In this document: one piece after another, positions 52,156 to 64,000 of the stretch
Numbering within the stretch: the stretch's first letter is position 1
How the letters are laid out: every line of letters starts with the position of its first letter
Assembly: GCF_030684315.1 (NCBI RefSeq)
Contig: NC_081360.1
Location: forward strand, 38,175,818 to 38,239,817
From: Stegostoma tigrinum
Taxonomy: Eukaryota
DNA: 64,000 nucleotides
Reading direction: 5' to 3'
The notes under the pieces: model-generated
The model's input: only the letters and a program-made list of their open reading frames with translations
Told to the model about the DNA's origin: nothing
The model's database searches: none
Made by a program: the position numbers and the translations under genes

Positions 52156-52559
52156 CTTACCTCATCTCACCCCTCATCCAGAGATACCAGGCTCATAGTA
52201 CCATTGTTTTGCCTTACCATTTAGCGCAAACACAAAGTGAATAAGAATGGCATGGTTGTCAGCAGTCGTCAGTCAAAACACAGAAAAAGCCTTCAGTGAG
52301 GGAGTATGAGGTCAGGTATTAAAGGAGATATAAGTGGGTACCTCAGCTGTTAATGTTGCTGCACATCAAGTGTTGTCTCAAGAGGGTGAATTGGCAGTGC
52401 ATAGGTCATGCAGTGTTGGTGGTGCTGGGTGTTGGAGTGAGTGATAGCAAGTGAGAGAAAATATTTCACCTAACAGTGAGAGTGATAGACCAAGACCCTT
52501 GGTGGGAAGTGGTGTAGTAGCAGAGTTAAAGTGAGTGGGAAGTATCGGATAAAAGATAA

Positions 52560-52800
52560 TACCTCTGTCTCTGGTGCAAGTTAAATATCATTGATGTTTC
52601 TCCTACAATGCTTGCATTCATCCAGACAGCTGATACTATACTGACCTGGGTAAGCATCTCAGACAAGCTGACATGGTGTTGTGGTTTCCTCTACCAGGCC
52701 TGGGTGAAGGGGATGTTCTGTCTATGCACTATTGCGTTCACCAGGACCTGTAGCTCTCAGCAAAGTCAATTTTCTCTTGTCTGCCATGCCCATGACAAGT
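52560..52800 (-). pseudogene. Harbinger Myb/SANT-like ORF relic
   Basis: Minus strand, with frameshifts: ELQVLVNAIVHRQNIPF...SEMLTQVSIVSAVWMNA/HCRRNINDI. Confidence 0.55.
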
Positions 52801-53004
52801 GTAAGAAACTGTGTGCAGACTTACAGCATTTCACCAGGTACACAATGACCTTCTAAAGATGGTGCCAATGCCAGGGTTACCAGTCTGTTCCAGGAAATCC
52901 CAGCAGTGACAAGTTATTTTAAGTACAGGGAAGTGGTAGAATGCAGCTGGAATTGGAATGCCACAGAAGTGGGGCAGATAGTTGATGAGGCAAATTTGCT
53001 AAGT

Positions 53005-53453
53005 GGGAATGGCAGGACTGAGTATGAGGAGAGATTAACTAGGTTGGGATTGTTTTCACTGAAGTTCAGTTGAATGAGGGGGGAGATCTCACAGAGACTT
53101 ATAAAATTCTAACAGGACTAAACAAAGTAGATGCAAAAACCATGTTCCCAATGCCAAGGGTCACAGTATGAGGATTCGGAGTAGACGATTTAGGACAGAG
53201 ATGAGGAAACATTTCTTCCCCCAAAGAGTGGTGATCCTGTGGAATTCATTACCACAGGAAGTAATTGATGCCAAAACATTGAATGTGTTCAAGAGATGGC
53301 TAGATATAGCACTTGGGGTGAAAGGAATCAGAGTTTATGGAGAGAAAGCAGGATAAGGCTATTGAGTTGTACAATCAGCCATGATCATGAGGAATGGCCG
53401 ACCAGGCCTCCTCTGAATGGCCTCCTCCTGCTCCTATCTTCTATGTTTCTATG
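53005..53453 (+). mobile_element. CR1 3' fragment
   Basis: FRTEMRKHFFPQRVVILWNSLPQEVIDAKTLNVFKRWLD; ends ttctatgtttctatg. Confidence 0.92.
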
Positions 53454-53503
53454 TGAGTTGTGGCAAGAAATCTTATTAGGTCTCATAGAGAAAAATTCTC
53501 CTC

Positions 53504-54900
53504 GAAGTTTAGGAAGTACAGACCAGCACTGCAGGGAGAACTAACAACCAGCATGAAATTTGACAAAACTGACAATTAAACAAAAAATTATAATTCAGTC
53601 CATATAAGCACTTAATGTCTATAGATATAAACACCCATATGGACTGTTAAAGAGTATAACCATCATTTACACCTTTATAATAGGTTTGTAAACCTATTTC
53701 TCACATCATAAATTCATGTAAACAGTCTTGGGCAACAATTGCCTGGTTTTCTGTGTTTATCGCCTATGTTTTTAAGTGCAATCAGATAATTCAAAATTCA
53801 GAAATGTCTTCTTAATACTTCTGAAAGCTTGCAAAGAAAGAACCTTGATGGTATCCTTAAATTTATGCAGAATTTTATAAAATGCCTGTGACTCTATATG
53901 TCTTGACTCCTGGTTATTTGGAGGCATCTGTGATAATTCCATCAGTGTTTGTCTGATTTCTTCTCATAAGGTTTGCAAGATAATCTTGTCCTTTAAAAAT
54001 GACACTCGTTGTTACATGAACACTTTATGACATAAGTGGGATACTTCAAAATGTATGGATAAAGTGCTCTATTCTTGAAACAATCTGTCAAAATAACAAT
54101 ATAAGTATTTTTGAGGATTATGTTTGCTGAATCAACATTTTCTTTCGATCTCTCACTGCAGTAAGTTCAAATATAGGGCAGCCCATTATAAAGACAGAAC
54201 AGTTTACTTACAGTTAATCTTACTGCAGAACTCAATGTATTAAAAAGAGGGACAAGAAATATACAACAAGATGTTCATGTTACTAAGATCAAATTTTCTG
54301 ACACAGATGCCTTGTAATGATTTTAAAGATGTGTTACTTACATTTTCTACAGCAGATAATGTTCCTTGTGGAGTAAACATTGAATGATTTTCAGAAGTAG
54401 GGCTATGTGGAGAAATTTGGGAGAATCATGTGAGAGATTTTACAAGCTTTCTTGACAGTGGAGAAAACTTGCTGCACCTTTAATTTAAGTTCCAGGTGTC
54501 AAAGTGAGATTCTCATGAGGCAGCGGCAAATTGCTTGTTTGAGCATTATTGCTTGGTAATGAGTTTATTAACTGTACACCTCTCTTCATTAACATCCAGA
54601 TTTCTTTCCTATGACCAACTGTGAGCAAGCTAAATGCTGAGAATTCTCAACATGGAAATCAGAGAAGGTATGTGGTGACCTCAGCTTGCCACTGGCTACA
54701 GAGTCTCCATATTGTTTATCATGCAACAGCATCCCAGGGCATTAACTATGGGCACCTTTCATTCACCGGTCAACCACAGACCTTAGCGTTTGAGAAGTGC
54801 CAACCCCTTAGGATTGTCATGATACCCTTCTAATCCACTTGCTGGAAGTTTAGGAAGCGCAGACCAGCACTGCAGGGAGAAATGACAACCAGCATTGAAA
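53504..54900 (+). repeat. 55-bp dispersed direct repeat (53504-53558 and 54845-54900)
   Basis: gaagtttaggaag..cagaccagcactgcagggagaa.t.acaaccagcat.gaaa in both, ~90% identical. Confidence 0.9.
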
Positions 54901-57139
54901 GGCTGCAGCAAAGACCACTTGTGGACAGTGTTACAGAGGGGAAATGGCCAAACCCCTCCGACAGTTAACAAAAACCGGAAGAACTGCGGACGCTGTAAAT
55001 CAGGAACAAAAACAAAGTTGCTGGAAAAGCTCAGCAGGTCTGGCAGCATCTGTGAAGGAGAAAACAGAGTTAACATTTCGGATCAGGTGACCCTTCCTCA
55101 GAACTGACGGTGGCTGGGAAAACATCAGTTTATATGCAGAAAATAGGGAGGTGGGTGGGGTCGGGAGTTAATGATAGGATAGAGCCCAAAGAGAGAGAAA
55201 GACAGTTGGACAGACAAAGGAGTTGCTAACCATCAGGTGGGAGGGGGAATAGTTGTTAATGGGGAGTGTTAGTGACTAACAACAGGGAATGTGTAATGGC
55301 AGGCTATGTGGTAACAAGGCCTGGTGTGTGGAGTCGGGGGCTGGGACATGGGGGAGTTTAGGCCCTAAAATTACCGAGCTCAATATAGAATCTGGAGAGC
55401 TGTAGGGTCCCCAAGCTGAAAATGTGGTGTTGTTCCTTCAGCTTGCGTTGGCCTTCACTGGAACACTGCAGCAAGCCAGAGACAGAGATTTTGGCCAGGG
55501 AATAGGGTGGTGCATTGAAGTGGCAGGTGACAGGTAGTTCAGAGTCTTTTTTGTGAGCAGAAGGTAGATGTAAAAGTGACTTTGTCATCAAGCCTGACGA
55601 TAAGGATGGTGCTGTTGTCTGACATACTGATCTCTACCTTGCAGAGGCTGAGCGCCAGCTCTCAGTTACTTCCTCCTACCTTCCCCTGGACCATGTCCCC
55701 ACCATGGCACATCAGGCCATTGTATTCACTATGGATATGGATGTAATTTCATCTGGTGATCTCCCTACCTCTACTTCCAAGCTAATAGTCCCCCAACCCC
55801 GCACAGCTCGATTCTACCTCCTGCCAAAATTCCACAAACAGGACTGTCCAGGCAGACCTCTTGTTTCAGGCTGCTCATGCCCCACAGAACTCATCTCTTC
55901 CTACCTTGACTCAATCTTCTCCCCCTGGTCCAACCCCTACCCACATACATCCATGATTCATCTGATGCCTTACGCCAGTTTCAAAACTTCCAGTTTACTG
56001 GTTTCAGCCACCTCCTCTTTACCATGGATATGCAATCCCTTTACACATCCATTCCCCACCAGGAGTGTCTTAGGGCTCTCTGCTTCTTCCAGGAGCAAAG
56101 ACCTGAACCGTCCCCAACCATCATCACCCTCCTCTGCTTGGCTGATCTTGTCCTCACTCTCAACAACTTCTTTCAACTCCTCTCATTTTCTTCAGGTAAG
56201 AGGGGTTGCCATGGCTACCCACATGCGTCCTATTTATGCCTGTCTCTTCATGTGGTACGTGGGACATTCCTTGTTCCAGCCTTAATTCGGACCCCACCCA
56301 CAACTCTTTCTCGGATACATCGGTGATATCATCGGTGCTGCTTCCCTCTCTCATTTGGAATTGGAAAACTTAATCAATTTTGCCTCCAATTTCCACCCTG
56401 CCCTCACTTTCACCTGGCCTATCTCTGACTCCTTTCTTCCCTTCCTCGACATTTCTGTTTCCATTTCAAGGGATAGGCTGGCCACTAATATCCTTACAAA
56501 CCACTGACTCTCACAGCTACCTGGACTCTACATCCTCACACCCCACTTCTTGTAAAGACTCCATCCCATTCTCTCAGTTCCTCCGTCTCTGTGGCATATA
56601 TTCAAATGAGGCCAACTTTGACAAGGAAGCCTCCGAAATGTCCACCTTCTTCCTCAACCAAGGATTCCCTAGCTCTGTTGTCAACAGTGCCCTCAACCAG
56701 GTCTGAGACATCTCCCACTCTTCCGCCCTCACCCCTTCTCTTCCATCCTGCAACAGTGACAGGGTTCCCCTTATCCTCACCTACCATCCCACCAGCAGCC
56801 ACATCCAGAAGATCATCAGACACCATTTCAGCCACCTCTAGACACATATTCTCCTCGCGTCCCTTGTCCACCTCCCTGCGGGACACCCTGGTCCACAATT
56901 CCTTCACCCCCAACAACTAACCCCCCTATCCCCACAGCCCCATGCACCTTCCCTTGTAACTGTCGAAGGTGCAACACCAGCCCATTTTCCTCCCTCCCCA
57001 GTATCGAAGGGCCCAAACATACCTTCCAGGTGAACCAACACTTCACCTGCACTTCTGAGAATCTAGTCTACTGCATTCGCTGCTCACAATTTGGACTTCT
57101 CTACATTGGGGAAATGAAGCATAGACTTGGTGACTGCGT

Positions 57140-57497
57140 CATAGAACATAGAACATAGAACATTACAGCACAGTACAGGCCCTTCGGCCCTCGATGTTGT
57201 GCCGACCTGTCATACCGATCTGAAGCCCATCTAACCTACACTATTCCATGTACGTCCATATGCTTGTCCAATGATGACTTAAATGTACTTAAAGTTGGCG
57301 AATCTACTACCGTTGCAGGCAAAGTGTTCCATTCCCTTACTACTCTCTGAGTAAAGAAACTACCTCTGACATCTGTCCTATATCTTTCACCCCTTAATTT
57401 AAAGCTATGCCCCCTCGTACTCGCTATCACCATCCCAGGAAAAAGGATCTCCCTGTCCACCCTATCTAACCCTCTGATTATTTTCTATGTCTCAAGA
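57140..57497 (-). mobile_element. Young CR1 3' fragment inserted in the PLE endonuclease domain
   Basis: (CATAGAA)3 tail; STRGHSFKLRGERYRTDVRGSFFTQRVVREWNTLP. Confidence 0.95.
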
Positions 57498-57968
57498 TGT
57501 CTCACATCTACATTCTGTTTGCAAAAAAGACCCTGAACTACCCATTGCCTGCCACTTCAATGCACCACCCTGCTTCCTGGCCAACATCTGTCTCTGGCTT
57601 GCTACAGTATTCCAGTGAAGCCCAATGCAGGCTGGAGGAACAACACCTCATTTTCCGCTTGGGGACCCTACAGCACTCCGGGCTCTATATTGAGTTCAAT
57701 AATTTTAGGGCCTAAACCCTCCCATGTCTCAGCCCCCCAGCCCACACACCAGGCCTTGTTACCACACAGCCTGCCATTACTCACCCCCTGTTGTTAGTCA
57801 CTAACAGTCCCCATTAACAACTATTCCCCTTCCCAGCCTGATCGTTAGCAACTCCTTTGTCTGTCCAACTGTCTTTCTCTCTCTTTGGGCTCTATCCTGC
57901 TTTTCACTCCCTACCCCACCCACCTCCCTATTTTCTGCATATAAACTGATGTTTTCCCAGCCACCGTC

Positions 57969-58006
57969 AGTTCTGAGGAAGGGTCACCTGATCCGAAACA
58001 TTAACT
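57969..58006 (+). ncRNA. Minimal hammerhead ribozyme-like motif in family B pLTR (mirror copy at ~55068-55105, minus strand)
   Basis: AGTT-CTGAGGA-A-GGGTC(acct)GATCC-GAAAC-ATT-AACT: 4-bp stem I, 5-bp stem II. Confidence 0.7.
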
Positions 58007-60729
58007 CTGTTTTCTCCTTCACAGGTGCTGCCAGACCTGCTGAGCTTTTCCAGCAACTTTGTTTTTGTCCTGATACTTAAACCAAAACACAAGCTCCAAT
58101 CTGCTCTCATGGGACTGGAGGTCACCTTCTGAAAATTACCCTCAAAACACCCAAAGAAGCCCGCCTCTTCCCTCGTAATCTATTGAAAGAGTGGTAAAAA
58201 GAAAGAAATGCCCTGGTCTCCACTTTACAAGCAACAAGAAACAACTTGTTTATTTAAGCCAGCAATGAACAAATTAACAGAATTACTAACAGCCCGGAAA
58301 TTCACTCTTAGACTACTTACTACTTCCTAACTGTTCTAAATTCTACCAGAATGCTATTCAAATAAACACAAGTCCCATTTATAAAAACTCAGTTAACAAG
58401 AAAACAATGAATTAAAGCTTAATCTCTTCAAGTTCACACAGACAGAATATTCCAAAAGACAGTTGTCTCCACTGTCTTCACAAATGCCTTTCTTCCATTA
58501 ATTCTGCTGTCAGGGATGTTTTATCTCTATAATTTCTTCAATGAGGACTTTGAGCTAAAATGCCACAGTACCTTTAAACAATTAGACGGGCTTTCTCTGA
58601 GAGCTGAATGGTGCTAACTCTGGCAGGGAGTGGATGGCTCGCTCTGATTTTTCAAAAGCCTTTGTCTTATATATCAGTAATGACATTATCAAATTCTTAT
58701 AAATGATTGGGTTCAGGTTGTCAATACTGTCAGATTTAAATTCAATTGGTTTCCAGTATATAGGTGCTTTGTTTCAATTAATTGGCCAAATTCAAACATG
58801 TTGTCTTGGAAAAAATGCTGCTTGGTTGTTCCGCACAAAATGTTTCCATTCGGGCACTCACTTGCATATATAAGCTTCCAAGAGCAAACAAAGCACAAAC
58901 TCTGAAAGGGACCGCAGCACTCTTTACCCCACAATCATTTTCACCAACAAATTTTATCTTCCTGCCATCCAATTCATGAATACTCTACTCAACTTCATAA
59001 GAAAGGGAACTGGCAGCCAGTTTGCAGATTGCCCAGGATTGCATCATTTCACCCTTTGCACTCACTCACTTAGTGCCTTCCTGCATGCTCACTGCGTCCC
59101 TGATTTGCCATGCTGTGCTTATTAGTGCTTCACCAGGACCATGAAAGAGCAGAAAACAAGGCTGCTGAAGAAGTGGTTACAATGCTTTGACTGATCTGGG
59201 AGGAGGGGTGTTTGTCTTCCAGTATAGTGGGCACAGAGCCTACCGCTTCAGCCTGACATGGTGTGCTCCGCACAATTGGAGCATGTAACAAGGTGATGTA
59301 TTGGAATACTGAAGCACTCAAAGAATGGGCAGACAAAAACATTGGGGAGGAGGAAGCTGCCCTTGTGCATGGCAGAGCTCAGTTGTTTCGAGCATCGTGA
59401 ATCTGATTGTCACCCAGTTCCAGTAGAAGAGAGCTGGGTGCAGCAAACAGTAGTGGAATGTAAAATAGTCATTGGTCATCGTTTGGTTTGCACTGTGGGG
59501 CCAGTTGAAGCCTCCATTCATTTTATTGTTTTTGCTTTAGCTAGCTGTCAATAGGTTTGCACTTATCTGGTTGCTATCCTGGATTGTGATGTTCCCCTAC
59601 CAAACAATGATAAGATGAGGGTGTCCAGTTGGCATTGTGGATAGAGTAGTGATAACATGGTGTTTGGATGGAATGTAGATAAGTATAGGAAAACCAAATG
59701 GCCTGGTAGTTAAACAGTGGACTAGAGTGAATGAATGGGAGCTGTATGCGTGAGGGAGTGTCGGCATGTTGGCTACCTGACGCGAGCCGTGTGGCTTCGT
59801 GGTTGCTGAGCCAATACATTGCCAGTGAAAGGCAACATCAGATTGCCAATGCATGGTACAAAATATCCTTTCAAAGCTGGCATTGACACCAGGGTTTCTG
59901 GTCTTTCGGAAGATATCCAGCGAAAGGCAGGTGGTAGAATGGGCTAGAATTAAGTGTGAGGTGCGCCATATATTTGTGGTAGGCAGTTAATGGAGTTGGA
60001 GATAAGATTTGGTGAGAGATCTCTCTAGACCTCATGGAGAGAAACCATCCATGAAACTTGACAAAACCAACACGTAACAAGAAACACAAGACTCAACCCA
60101 CGGCCCATCATTTTAGAAAACGCAATGTAATATTTTTCTAAGCACATAAAACATGAAGAAAAAATTAAGTAACTGTTAACTTTTTCTGTTCTTTTCACTT
60201 TCAGTTGTGCTGCTGCCAGGATTGTTCTCCTAAGGGGTTCAATTCTGTTCACTCCAAGCATAAAATAGTTAAGCTTCAAGCTGAGTCAAAATTCAAACTA
60301 TTACTTACCTTGAGGGGCAGAGTTGTTTTGGGAATATTGCGCTGCATGATTTTTGTTCCCTTTTAGTAATTCTGGTGGTTGAACCTCTGGTATTTCTCCC
60401 CAACAGTCCCTTGGCAACTAGAACATATTTCGTCCAAAATGTGTTGGTTGGTTTCAATTTAGGGTGACATTGGGTTAGTTTTTACTCAATTTCTACAAAA
60501 AGCATACATAGCAATTAAGTTCAGTTGATTGCATATTTACCCGTGACCTAGAATTTAATTCATTAGGACCGTGTTTGGTAGAGAATAAATTGAAATAGAA
60601 AATTGGATGAGGCAGATCTCAATTCCAAAAGTATGACAAAACGAATTCTGCTTTGAGTATATGTCTCATGACGGCATCACAATTTTCCACCACGAATGGT
60701 TATGGTGCATTAAGTAGCTCCTCAGCCTG

Positions 60730-61930
60730 TTTCTCCTGTTGGCCCTCTGCAACAGCAATTTATCTTATTCCACTCCCTGACATCCTTCTCCAATGTCCTT
60801 CTATTTTTACTTTACCTCTTCAGATGTTTATTTCATTGGCTTTGAAAGGTATAAGGGAAATCAACTTGCAGCATCCTTCCAGGCACTTCATTGCAGATTT
60901 TAACCACCCACTGCGCAAAAAAATCTTCTTTCTTATGCTGTGTGTGGTTGCCTTCAAATCACTCTATCTCTGTACTCTCTGGCTTTTGATCCAACTATAG
61001 TTTTTCTCAATTTAGACTATCTACACCACCTCATGATTTTGGTCATCTCCATCAAATCTCTCTCCAAGCCTCTTTTCAATGAATACAATCCCACCTTCTC
61101 CATGTACCAGAAGTCCTGCCTCTGTGAAACCATTTTTAAATTCTTTACTGATTAGATTAGATTAGACTCCCTATAGTGTGGAAACAGGTCCTTCAGCCCA
61201 ACAAGTCCACACTGCCCCTTTGCAGCATCCCACCCAGACCCATCTCCCTATAACCCACACACCCCTGAACACTATGGGCAATTTAGCATGGCCAATCCAC
61301 CTAGCCTGCACATCTTTGAACTGTGGGAGGAAACCAGAGCACCCGGAGGAAACCCACACAGATATGGGGAGAATGTGCAAACTCCACACAGACAGCCGCC
61401 TGAGGCTAGAATTGAACCCAGGTCCCTGATGCTGTGAGGCTGCACTGCTAACCACTGAGCCACCATGGCACCTCTTGAAAGACTAAAATTAGATACAATA
61501 CTTCACTTGAAGTGAATCTGGAGTGTTTGTCATAAGTTCCATGCTTTTGTTCTCTGAGCTTCAATAAAGTTCAGGATCCAGTGCACTCTACTCTGTATTA
61601 AATTATAACTGTCACAGGTCCATCAGCATGCTGTCTGTGTTCTCTTAATGCCTATCACTATTCTCATAGTTCACAATAGTTCCAACTTTTGTGCCATTCA
61701 TATACTTTGAGGTTGTGTGTTGTACACCAAAGCTGAAGTCATGAATAGTGGTGAAGTAAAACAGTGATCATAGTTCTGACCCTGTGGAAACTCATTGTTA
61801 AGCTTCCTCCTGTCTGAAAAGCAGCCATTCTTCACTACTGCTTCTTTACTGTCACATGCTCATATTCCCATCATTAACACAATATTTAATTAGTTTCAAT
61901 TTTGCTGACATGCTTTTTGGAAATCCGTTG
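60730..61930 (-). mobile_element. Ancient CR1 fragment interrupted by a SINE
   Basis: aggcacttcattgcagattttaaccaccc; ccaacttttgtgccattc; ttctgaccctgtggaaac (reverse of VPQGS). Confidence 0.6.
61150..61470 (-). mobile_element. HE1-type V-SINE, well preserved
   Basis: Reverse complement of the 11437-11712 family; (GATTA)n tail at 61150. Confidence 0.93.
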
Positions 61931-61944
61931 AAGCAACTCTTGGG

Positions 61945-62440
61945 ATCACTTGAATATGTGATGGAAAATGCCCCAACTGTCTGGATGAGTGCATCACCAA
62001 CAATATTCAAGAAATTTAAAATCACGCAGGACCAAGCAGTTCACTTGATTAGCATCACTTTTCAACTTTAAACTTCATTCCTTTCAGCACCAGAAATTAG
62101 AAGCAGTAATGTGCCATATTAAGAATTTACTACAGCATCTTACCAAAACTTCCTCAACAGCATTTTCCAAAACCCCAAATTCTATCATTTAGGACAATAG
62201 TAGCCGATGTATAGGAACAACTTCACCTTGAAATTTCACTTTTAGACTCACGTTATCCTGATTTGGAGCTACATCACTGCCCTGTGTCAACAGATTGACC
62301 CTCCCATATTAACAACACTGTTGTGTCCCAACGCCAGATGAACTACAATGGCTCAAGAAGGTGGCTCACCATTATCTTCACGATGACACTTAGGGACGGA
62401 CGACAAATGCTAGCCTTGTTAGCACTGCTCTCGTACCATG
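61945..62440 (+). mobile_element. Decayed L2/CR1-group LINE 3' end
   Basis: VMENAPTVWMSASPTIFKK; tail ttagggacggacgacaaatgctagccttg. Confidence 0.7.
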
Positions 62441-63492
62441 ACATAGACAGGACATTGCCTGCATCAACTCTTTTTCATTTAGTCTGACTCCGTGATTTAT
62501 TTTTGGCTTTCCTTATTTGGCACACGCTTGTTGAATGACTGTTAACTTTTACCCCAGATTATTATTTCTAAACTGTAACCCCACTGATGCTGAGTGGTCG
62601 GCCCTGTAGTTGATGGGTTTATCTTGTATGCCCTGTTTTTATTAAGGATATATCATTTAGAGCTCTGCAGACTTCAGGAACTCTATCTTGGAAGTGTTGG
62701 AAAATTAAGACCAGTATCTTTGTGGGTTTCACCTTTACTTCCCTCATTATCATCCTATATATTCCAGCTGGGTTTGGGGATTATCAACTTGAGAGCATCC
62801 TACTTTATAGTACTCCATTTCATCAATTCTTGACTGATCTGTTCTCCCAACTACTTAACATGTGTGAAATTGATAGAATTCATTCCCTCAACAAAGATGA
62901 GCAAGAAGTGCTATCTACCTCAGCCTGTTTACCATTTCCAGATATTTTGAATCAGGACTAGGGTATAAGGTCACCCAAAGGCTTAGTTGATAATCTGGAG
63001 TTCAATGAGCACACAGTGCTGTCCTTCTGCCTTCAATCCATGTGTAAACAATAGCGTCAATATTCCTTATACCCTTGAGTGAGATCATTGTGGCTGGATT
63101 GACATCTTCTTAGGGCAATATGAGCCGATGAGGTAAGGTGAGTTCACTACAAAAAAACTTCAACCTCCCATTGACCAAAGTGCACAGTTATGGCATTGTA
63201 GCTGCAATGTCCTCACACATGAGACAAAAGGCGTTAGGACATGGCACGTGTGGCAGATGTGCGGTGGTTGGAAGGTGAAGTGGCTCTCTTGGCAGCAGCA
63301 TCATGCGAAGGCCACATTGAAATCTACATGGACTGCCATTCATAAGGTCAGGATGTGACAAATGTGGAAGGGAAGCAGTGTTGTCAGTCTTGAAAGAAAT
63401 TCAGCTGAAGTATATGACTCCAAGACGTTGCGCTATTGGTAGCAAGGGGACCTGTCCTCTTCAGAATCACGGCAAGGTGGAATCACATAAAA

Positions 63493-64000
63493 GATAATAA
63501 AATGTGAGGCTGGATGAACACAGCAGGCCCAGCAGCATCTCAGGAGCACAAAAGCTGACGTTTCAGGCCTAGACCCATCATCAGAGAGGGGGATGGGGTG
63601 AGGGTTCAGGAATAAATAGGGAGAGATGGGGAGGCGGACCGAAGATGGAGAGTAAAGAAGATAGGTGGAGAGGAGAGTATAGGTGGGGAGGTAGGGAGGG
63701 GATAGGTCAGTCCAGGGAAGACGGACAGGTCAAGGAGGTGGGATGAGGTTAGTAGGTAGGAGATGGAGGTGCGGCTTGGGGTGGGAGGAAGGGATGGGTG
63801 AGAGGAAGAACAGGTTAGGGAGGCAGAGACAGATTGGACTGGTTTTGGGATGCAGTGGGTGGAGGGGAAGAGCTGGGCTGGTTGTGTGGTGCAGTGGGGG
63901 GAGGAGACAAACTGGGCTGGTTTTGGGATGCGGTGGGGGAAGGGGAGATTTTGAAGCTGGTGAAGTCCACATTGATACCATTGGCTGCAGGGTTCCCAAG
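63493..64000 (-). mobile_element. PLE family A tail-less inverted arm, continues off the window end
   Basis: Reverse complement of ~790-1215; hammerhead core CTGATGA..GAAACGTC at ~63557-63584 (minus). Confidence 0.93.

Larger units (their letters stand above)
54969..58072 (+). mobile_element. Penelope-like element family B: decayed RT and GIY-YIG with ~560-bp inverted arms
   Basis: KPDDKDGAVV; PRTARFYLLPKFHKQDCPGRPLVS; TMDMQSLYTSIP; QVRGVAMATHMRPIYACLFM; FTCTSENLVYCIRCSQFGLLYIGE; 54998-55560 is the reverse complement of ~57520-58072; frameshifts and stops present. Confidence 0.95.
54929..58920 (-). mobile_element. Probable solo LTR (54929-54968 plus ~58073-58920) split by the large PLE
   Basis: TGTTACA terminus at 54929; minus-strand AATAAA (tttatt) at ~58250; far boundary uncertain. 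Confidence 0.35.

Noticed and set aside
55704-56285. 193-aa ORF as an active reverse transcriptase
   Set aside because: Frameshifted fragment; the catalytic YIDD reads YIGD (~56317-56328) and the endonuclease is interrupted by a CR1
54957-58080. TSD for the large PLE (tccgacagttaa / cctgatacttaa)
   Set aside because: Only 8/12 identity and overlaps the element end; suggestive but not supportable
1-64000. First and last ~62 bases of the window are homologous, suggesting a circular molecule or terminal repeat
   Set aside because: Both are the same part of family A PLE copies and differ by several substitutions and an indel; chance overlap with an abundant repeat

Overview
Eukaryotic, repeat-rich, apparently intergenic or intronic DNA. 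The repeat content (HE1-type V-SINEs, HER1/CR1 LINEs, Penelope-like elements, PIF/Harbinger relics) points to a shark; a carpet shark is my inference only. I found no intact host protein-coding exon, and the ORF-track hits are decayed retroelement RT/endonuclease fragments or noise. The most coherent system is two Penelope-like (PLE) families, here called A and B, whose pseudo-LTRs carry minimal hammerhead-ribozyme cores. They occur as one ~3.1 kb element with RT and GIY-YIG remnants and ~560 bp inverted arms, two elements cut by the window edges, and about ten short (80-230 bp) copies. Many short copies are palindromic and flanked by 10-16 bp target-site duplications (TSDs). Other items: nested insertions, a 5S rRNA-like relic, a 100-nt multi-branch fold, an unexplained 55-bp direct repeat, a candidate enhancer, and a 131-N assembly gap. 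Repeat boundaries are approximate (tens of bp) unless a TSD is given.
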